Shown one piece after another: positions 18,701 through 27,700 of a stretch of 57,072 nucleotides of DNA. Positions within the stretch are counted from its first letter, which is position 1, and each line of letters opens with the position of its first letter. Under the pieces are notes generated by a model. The model had not been told where the DNA came from. It saw nothing but the letters and a program-made list of their open reading frames with translations, and ran no database searches. The stretch comes from a virus (taxonomy: Duplodnaviria; Caudoviricetes), in IMG/VR virus record IMGVR_UViG_3300034283_002112, positions 1-57,072 of that record. One strand, given 5' to 3'. The position numbers and the translations under genes were made by a program.

Positions 18701-21700
18701 TTGTTACCACAGACAACACTACCACTATTACACTAGACAAAACTTATTTCGTCGGTGATACAATTGAAGTTTTAGCATTGAGTAATCAAAGCAGTGCCGT
18801 GGCTTTCTATCAGGTGCCTATCAACCTTGAAAAAAACCCACTCAATGGAAACAGTGAAAGTTTTACACTGGGCACAATTCGCACACACTACGAAAGTATC
18901 TGCGAGAATTTGTTAGATTTAACTGGTTCAATCAACGGTGCCAACAACACTAGAGATCTTGGCGATATTGGCCCGTATGGTCTGATAATTCTTCAACAAA
19001 GCGCCCCGTTGACTTTGGCCGGTTACTTTAATCGCAGCAAAGAATACAATATCTTTGCCAGCCTTCAATACAACAGTCGTGAGTATACCAAGTTTAAAAA
19101 CTTATTGATGAAAGAAGTTACTCAATTAGAGATCAACTTTCAGACCACGGCTGAACTGCTCACAGAAGCCATTGCAAATATCACCGCTGGCAGAGTAGAA
19201 ACCAATCCATTCTATTGGAGCGACATGTTGCCCAGTAGTTCAGTGTTTACTCAAACAGTGTACACAGTGAACTTGATAACAACCAACGTATTTGACACAG
19301 TACAGGTGTACAATTACACTTCTGCTAACTATCTTGGCCTGTTGGTTTACAAAAACAATCAGTTGTTGATTCGTGGCATTGATTATGTTGTTGCCACAGA
19401 TGGTCCACGAATCACAATCACAACAACTCTAGCAGTGGGAGATCAAATTACTGTTCAAGAGTTTCCAGCCACCTACGGCAATTTTGTACCAAACACACCA
19501 ACCAAATTGGGACTATACCCAGCATGGAAACCCAGTATATCCACAGTAAGCACCACTACTGGAACTGCTCAGGTAATTGTGGGACACGATGGCAGTCAAA
19601 CACCTGTGTTTGGTGACGTGCGCGATGATGTGTTGTTGGAATTTGAAAAACGTATCTACAACAATCTTAAGGTAGATGGAAACCCAATGCCACTTAGTGT
19701 GTACGATGTGTTGCCTGGACAATTTAGAGACACTGGTTATAGTTTTTCAGAAATCAATCAGATTCTAGCACAAGATTTTTTGAGTTATATTGGCTGGAAC
19801 AAACTAGACTACAACAATCAAAACTACATTGCCAACAATGAATTTAGTTGGAACTATTCAAATGCTACCAACAAGCTCAACGGAGAAAACCTCCTAGGTG
19901 CCTGGCGCGGAATCTATCGTTATTTTTATGACACTCAAAATCCTTCTCGAACACCGTGGGAAATGCTGGGCTTTACCATTGAACCTACATGGTGGATCTC
20001 TACCTATGGTCCAGCGCCGTACACCAATACTAACTTGGTACTGTGGGACGATTTAGAAGCTGGACTAATCCGCGATCCTGCTGGATCATATTTCTTGCCG
20101 CAATATGTAAGGCCTGGCCTTACTGATGTAATTCCAGTAGACTCAGAAGGCAACCTACTGAGCCCATTTAATTGTGTTGTTCAAGACTACAATGATCAAC
20201 AATGGCAGCGAAGCTGGGTAGTAGGTGACGGTGGCCCAGTAGAAGCATCTTGGTGGAATTCTAGTTCTTATCCTTTTGCTGTAATGCGACTACTGGCACT
20301 GACTCGTCCGGCTAAATTTTACAGTCTGTTTGCTGACCGAGATCTTTACAAGTTTAACGATGACTTTGGTCAGTATCTTTATGATCAACGTTACCGCTTG
20401 AATGCCAATGGCATTGAAGTCTACGGCGACGGTGTCAGCAAAGCCAGTTACATCAACTGGATTGTAGACTACAATCAGCAGTTGGGTCTAAATTCTACAA
20501 AACGATTACAAGACGATCTGGCCAATTTAGATGTGCGTCTGTGTTATCGCATGGCCAGTTTCAGCGACAAGCAGTATATTAAACTGTACACAGAAAAATC
20601 TAGTCCCAACAGTCTCAACAGCACGTTGCTGATTCCAGACGAAAGCTATGATTTAGTGTTGTACAAAAATCAACCTGTTGAGCGATTGATTTACAGTTCT
20701 GTAGTAGTCCAATTGGTCGAAGGCGGGTACGCAGTTTATGGTTATTCAACGTCTCAGCCGTATTTTAACATTGCAGTAAGCCAGGGTATTGGTAGATTGC
20801 GTCCTATCACAGTTGGCGATGTCACTGTCAGGGTTCCTACACAGTACACAAACTCAGTGGTCCAGGTTCCCTATGGATTTGTGTTTACTAATCCCACTAG
20901 TGTGTGTGATTTCTTGTTGAGTTATGGCAAACTGTTGAAAGATCAAGGTCTGACCTTTGATAATCGAGCCAACGGATTCATACTGGACTGGGAGCAAATG
21001 GCTCAGGAATTTTTGTATTGGACACAACAAGGATGGGAGATTGATAGTCTTATCAATCTTAACCCATTGGCTGGGAAGTTGATTATTACTAAACCAGGTT
21101 TGGTTGCTGACAGTATTGTAACTCAGACCAGCGAAAACATTTTGTTAAATCAAAACAAACGTGAACTGAATACTCGAAACTTGAACATTGTACGCCTGGG
21201 CAATACATTGAGCCTTGAGCCTCTAACAGATGAAAGTTTAAGTTTTGCTGATTTTAGATTTACTAATTTTGAACACATGATTGTGTTAAACAATCGCAGT
21301 GTGTTTGGAGACTTGATCTACGAACCAGTAACAGGAGCTAGACAAAGCCGTCTTGATCTAATTGCATTTAACTCAACACAGTGGAATGGTGTTGTCGATG
21401 CACAGGGCTTTATTCTCAATCAAGACAACGTCGAAGAATGGACTGGATTTAAGAAATATACCAAAGGCCAAATTGTCAAATACAAAGATCAGTTTTGGAG
21501 TGCGCAAACCATAGTAAACCCAAAACCAAACTTTGATTTTAACAATTGGGTCAAGAGCGATTATGAACAAATTGAACAAGGTTTGTTGCCTAACATTGCC
21601 AACAAATCCAATCAGTTGCAACAGACCTATAGTGTTAATTCTGTTAACTTGGAACAAGATCAGGACTTGTTGAGTTATGGTCTAATTGGGTTCCGACCAA

Positions 21701-24700
21701 GGCAGTACATGGCTGCACTCAATCTAGATGATGTCAGTCAGGTTAACATATATCAACAGTTCCTTAAGACCAAAGGAACTATACTGTCTGCTGAATTGTT
21801 GAGTCAAGCAAACCTAGGCAAAGAAGCAGCCGACTACAATATCTATGAAAATTGGGCAGTCCAGCGTGCTGTGTACGGTGCCAACGCCAACCGTAGTTTT
21901 GTTGAACTACGCCTTAACCGAGCACTGTTGAGCAGTAATCCAAGCCTAGTACAAGTGATTGAACCACAGCAGGTGAGTCAAGCTGATCAGCAAATTTTGT
22001 TAAGTGATGTTTGGAAACAAAGTTACAAACTTACCAGTCCGAACTTTTTACCCACAACTGAAGAAACCATCACTGACACTGCTTTGCCCAGTGCTGGTTA
22101 TGTAAATCTCAATGATGTAGACCTTACTGCATTTTCACTAATCGATGATAAGTCTGCCATTGAAGCAGCTCTTGGTGCAGTCAAGGTTGGATCAGATCTG
22201 TGGGTGGCCAAGGTCAACACCTATGATTGGGATGTATTCCGTTGTGTACAAGTTCCTGGCTATATTGATCACATCTGTGACAACCTTGACGGAACCAGTA
22301 TTGCAAGATTTACCAAGGTACACGGATTGATTCCAAGTGACCAACTGATTATCAGAGAATTTGCTCCGTCAGTAGACGGTGTCTACACAGTGTTAGAAAC
22401 ACCTGATGTCAACAGTGTTGTTATTGCGTACACTTTTGTTGGATCACAGAGTGTGATTGACGGTGTAGGTATTGGTTTTAGCTTGCAATCAGAACGAGTA
22501 GCACAGGCCAGTGATATAATCAATCTTCCCTACGCCAATGATATTACCACAGGCAACAAAGTATGGGTAGACAACAACGGCAACGGACGTTGGGCAGTGC
22601 TAGAAAAACAAAACCCGTTCTCAGACATCACTGAACTTGCACCGCAGCTTTTGGATGCCACAGAACAGTACGGAGTGGCTGTGGCTCAGGCCAAAAATAG
22701 ATTGGCAGCATTAGTGGGCAGTCCACGATACGGATTCAATGTTGGTGCTGAAAAAGGCGGAGTATATGTTTACGTTAAAAACTACGGTGATCAATACATT
22801 CCTGTCAGCCCGTTAGGCCAAGGAGATGCTGTACTCACACTTGATGTTACTGGTGCGCTAGGCTACGGTAATGCAGTGGACTTTGGTAATCAAACCTGGG
22901 CCATAGCTGGTGCCAGCAAGAGTCTAGGACCAGCAGGACAAGCAGATGTAGGTTATGCTGCAATCATTTATCGTGATCCTACACTGGGAGAACCAGGAGT
23001 AAATCCATATGCACAATGGCAACTCATTGTGCCTGAAGATTTAGATACCCTAGGAGAGTTTGGTCACAGTGTTGCCATGAGCACAGATGAGCGCTGGGCC
23101 TATGTTGGAGCACCGGGAGCCAACAAAGTCTATGCCTATGGGCGTGTGGATTGGGAAGATCAATTTGTACAAACACTAAGCAACGGAACAACCAAGACTT
23201 ATCAAATTGGCAATGTTATTCAAATCAATGCCAATGCACAACTGTTAGTAACTCTTAACGATACCCCTCAGACTTTGGCTACTGACTATACTGTGGCGGC
23301 TGACTTTAGCTCTGTTACATTTGTAACTGCCCCAGCAGCAGGTGTGGTGGTCAAAATACAAAGAATCAATCGTCTTAATATGGATGGCGGAACATATTAT
23401 GATGTTACTGGAACAAGTGGTACTGGATCAGGTGCTGAGTTTACTATCACACGCCTACGAAACACATTGACATTGGTTGGATTAACCAATAGTGGATCAG
23501 GGTATCCTGCTAGTTCTACGGCTGTTATCACAATTAACCAAGCAAATTTTGGGGGGAGTGGCGCAGGATCGTCGTCTCTAGTAGTAACTGTCAATACAAA
23601 TGCCGCTGGACAAGCTGAGAATATTGCAAGTTACACATGGACGCCACCAACTGCATTAACTAATACTTTCTCATTGAATGAGTATTTCTTCACAGCAACA
23701 AATATCTATTCATTCTCAGTCTATGTGGAAGGTGTGTTGCAACGACCAAATATTGATTATGAGTTTGGCACAGACTCTAGCTATGACCTTATATTCATCA
23801 ATTCACCTTCTGCAGGTGAATTGATCGAAGTCCAAGCACAAAGCTACTTTGAATATGTTCACACATTGCAACCACCTGGCTTGGCCAGTGATGCACGTTT
23901 TGGTCACAGTGTAGTCACGTCTACCGACGGTCGTCAAGTACTAATCGGAACACCTGATAGAACTGTTAGCGGTAAAGTAGAAGCCGGTAGTGTTTATGTG
24001 TTTGACCGTAACGTGCAAAGATTTATCTACGGAACTGATCCAAGTTCAGTTGCATTCACAGTGCTTGGAACAGTAACAGAACCAGTGAGCGTGATTGTAA
24101 ACAATCAATTTTTGGTCAACGAAGTTGATAATATTCTCAATGGTACCAATACCTTTACTGTGGCAGGAAATCTTGTGACAGTAAACACTGATTTAGCAGT
24201 TGGTGACACAGTTGAAATAGAAACTAATCAATTTAGATTGGTGCAGACCATCACACAAAACACTGTTGCAGAATTTTCTAATTTTGGACAAGCAGTAGAC
24301 CTTTGTGCTTATAATTGCAGTTTGTATGTTGGAACACCACAAGATAGTACCGCCACCTGGAAAGCAGGTTCGGTGCAACGCAGTGTAAATCAAAGCCGCA
24401 GTTATGGTACAATCACAGCCACGGTGGCCAACCCAAGTCTCACAGTTGGCAACACACTGAGAGTCAACAACATTGACGTTGCAGTGCCATCCGCTGGTAC
24501 ACTGATCAGTTTTGCTTTGGCTATCAATGCTGATGTTCCCAATGTGATTGCAACTGTCAACAACGGTTTGTTGACGTTGAAAGTAAAAAATGCTGCCGCT
24601 GCTTCTCCTACAGACCTACTACAAGTTGCACCGGGCTCAGTTGGCACTGCATTTGATGCGTTTGGATTCCAGACGTTCACATACTCTCAGACTCTGTACA

Positions 24701-27700
24701 GTCCATATCCAACAGAATTTGCTCAGTTTGGTTACAGCGTGTCTGTAGATGAAACTGCGGTAAATCTAGTAGTAGGATCGCCACAGGGAACCTTGTGGGT
24801 ACTAACAATATGGGACGACGGACTAGTAGACTGGGATAGTAACAGTACTATATTCTTCAGCACTGTAGAACAGAGTGGTAGCGTATACACTTACGATTAT
24901 CTGCCTGCTGCCAATGAAAACGCAGCCAACACAGGAAAATTTGTATTTGGCATTCAAATAGTTGATTCCAATGTAAGACCTCTTGACGGCTATGGTACTT
25001 CAGTAAGCTATGTAGATGGAGTGCTGATGCTTGGTGCTCCGGGCAGTGATGCTGTAGCCGGTGACAGTACCGCAGCGGATTCCGGCCGAGTTTTTGTATC
25101 ACAAAATCCAAATAGAGTTCCTGCATGGACCACATTAAGACAACAGCAACCAGTGGTTGACGTTGGACTAATCAATGGAGTATTCACATACGATCGAATT
25201 ACCAGTGCTCGCACTGAACAGTTTGATTTCTTTGATCCTTTGCAAGGCAAAATACTTGGAGCAGCAAGACAAAACATTGACTACATTGGAGCAGTTGACC
25301 CAGCACAGTACGACAACGGCCCAACCAACAACAATGGCACAACATGGTTTGCAGAACATGTGGGAGAAATTTGGTGGGATATTGGCACAGTAAGATTCAT
25401 TGATCCCAACCAAGATGATATTGTGTATGCCAGTCGACGTTGGGGGCAATTGTTCCCTGGATCTACCATTGACATCTATCAATGGGTTGAGAGTTCACAA
25501 CCACCAGCGTCTTACACAGGACCTGGAATACCTCTCAACATAAATTCGTTTAGTTTCAGTGCTCGTCTCAGTGCAGATGGGGTTGTGAATACATATTATT
25601 ATTTCTGGGTGCGAGGTATATCTACTGTGGCCTCTAACAAAGGTAAAACTTTGAGTGCTACAACTGTAAGTCGCTACATTGAAAACCCAAAAAGCAGCGG
25701 TATTCCGTATATTGCTCCTATCAATGCCAGTACAATTGCCTTGTATAATGCCTCAAACATCATCGAAGCTCAGGATACCATAATCAACATTGAGTATGAT
25801 CGTGAGTATACCACCAACAATGTTCACGTAGAGTACGAGCTGATTGCACAAGACAAGTCTGACGGTTTTTTGAGTGACGGACTATATCGTAAATTACAAG
25901 ACAGTTTCTGCGGAGTTGACACATCAGGCAATCTTGTACCAGACCCTAATTTGAATGCTGCAGAAAGATACGGAGTCCAATTCCGTCCACGCCAATCAAT
26001 GTTTGTGGATCGCTTTGAAGCTTTGAAAAATTATTTACAACGTGCCAATGCAGTGTTGGCCATGTATACTATTTCTGAAAGTAGAAGTTTTAATCTGCTG
26101 AATTCCAGCGATCCTGAGCCAGATTCTACCACACCTGGACAAGTTGAGCCAAACTGGAACATGCGTGTGGCCAACTTGGAAATTTTGAGTTTCCAAAATA
26201 TATACGCTGTGCCAGTCGCCACGCCTACCACTCAAGGTTATCGTTATCTAGTGGCCAGCGACAGTAGTAACAACGGTCTGTGGACAATTTATCAAGTGCA
26301 ATATGTACAAAACGGATTGTTTAATGCTCGAGAGTTGGTACTGATCAAAGTACAGAACTATGACACCAAACGTTACTGGAGTTATGTTAACTGGTACCTG
26401 CCAGGATACAACCCATCTACCAAAGTGACCGCAGAAGTTCCTAACTTCAGCACACTAGACACCTTGTCTGTTCCTGAGGGAACCAGTGTGCGAGTGACTG
26501 CTAACGCACAAGGTAAATTTGAAATTTATCTCAGGTCGTTGACTGGTTGGGATCGTGTGGCTCTAGAAGACGGTACCATTGCATTCTCAGCTGAATTGTG
26601 GGATTACGCACTGGGACGTTTTGGATTTGACGTTGAAGTGTTTGATGCTCAGTACTTTGACCAAGAGCCAGTAATTGAAACTCGCAAAATTATTCAAGCC
26701 ATCAACCAAGAACTGTTCATTGACGATCTGCTGTTAGAACGCAACCGTAGCTTGACTCTAATGTTTAACTATGTGCTCAGTGAGTTTGCGGCCCCTGAGT
26801 GGTTGGTCAAAACTTCCCTGATAGATGTTGATCACCGAATTCGAAATCTAGAACCTTTCCAGAACTATCGTCAAGATAATCAGGAATTTGTGCTTGACTA
26901 TATTCAAGAAGTCAAGCCCTATCACGTACAAATTCGTGAATTTAATCTGTTGTACAATGGTCAAGACCAGTACGGCGGCGACGTCACTGACTTCGATGTA
27001 CCAGCATACTACAACACTAGTTTGCCAATACCGCAGTACACAAGTCCAATATTAAACATCAGCGACACAACTGATCCACGTTACCAATCGCCATACTTGC
27101 TCAGTACTCCTGAACCAGACAATGTTCTTAGCGATGTTGATCCAGGTGCGTTAATTTGGCAAGCCTGGCCGTACACACAATGGTACGGAAACTATTTGTT
27201 AAACTTACAAAGAATTGAGATAGTAGATGCAGGCTCGGGCTATACAGATGTTCCGACTGTGATTATCACTGGCGATGCTGATGTTCCTGCTACTGCTGAA
27301 GCTTTCTTGACCAGCTTTGGATCTATTGCTTTTATTACTATAACTGATCCTGGGTCAGGATATTTTGCCACTCCGGTAATTACATTTGACGGGGGTAACG
27401 GCACAGGCGCAAGAGCTTATCCTATAATGGGCAATGACCTTGTTCGTAGCTTTAAGACCGTGATCAAGTATGACCGTTGTTCGTATCAAACACAAGTTCT
27501 TACCTGGGATCCTAGTGGCACGTACGAAGACGGCACACTAGTCCGATTCATTGATCGGGTATGGAGAGCGTCTAGTCCAGATTCGACTGCTGTAGTAGGA
27601 CCAACATTTAATCTTGATGATTGGACTCTAGTACCTGCCAGCGAGCTTGGCGGCATAGACCGAACAACTGGTTATTATGTTCCAGGGGTCAATGAGCCTG

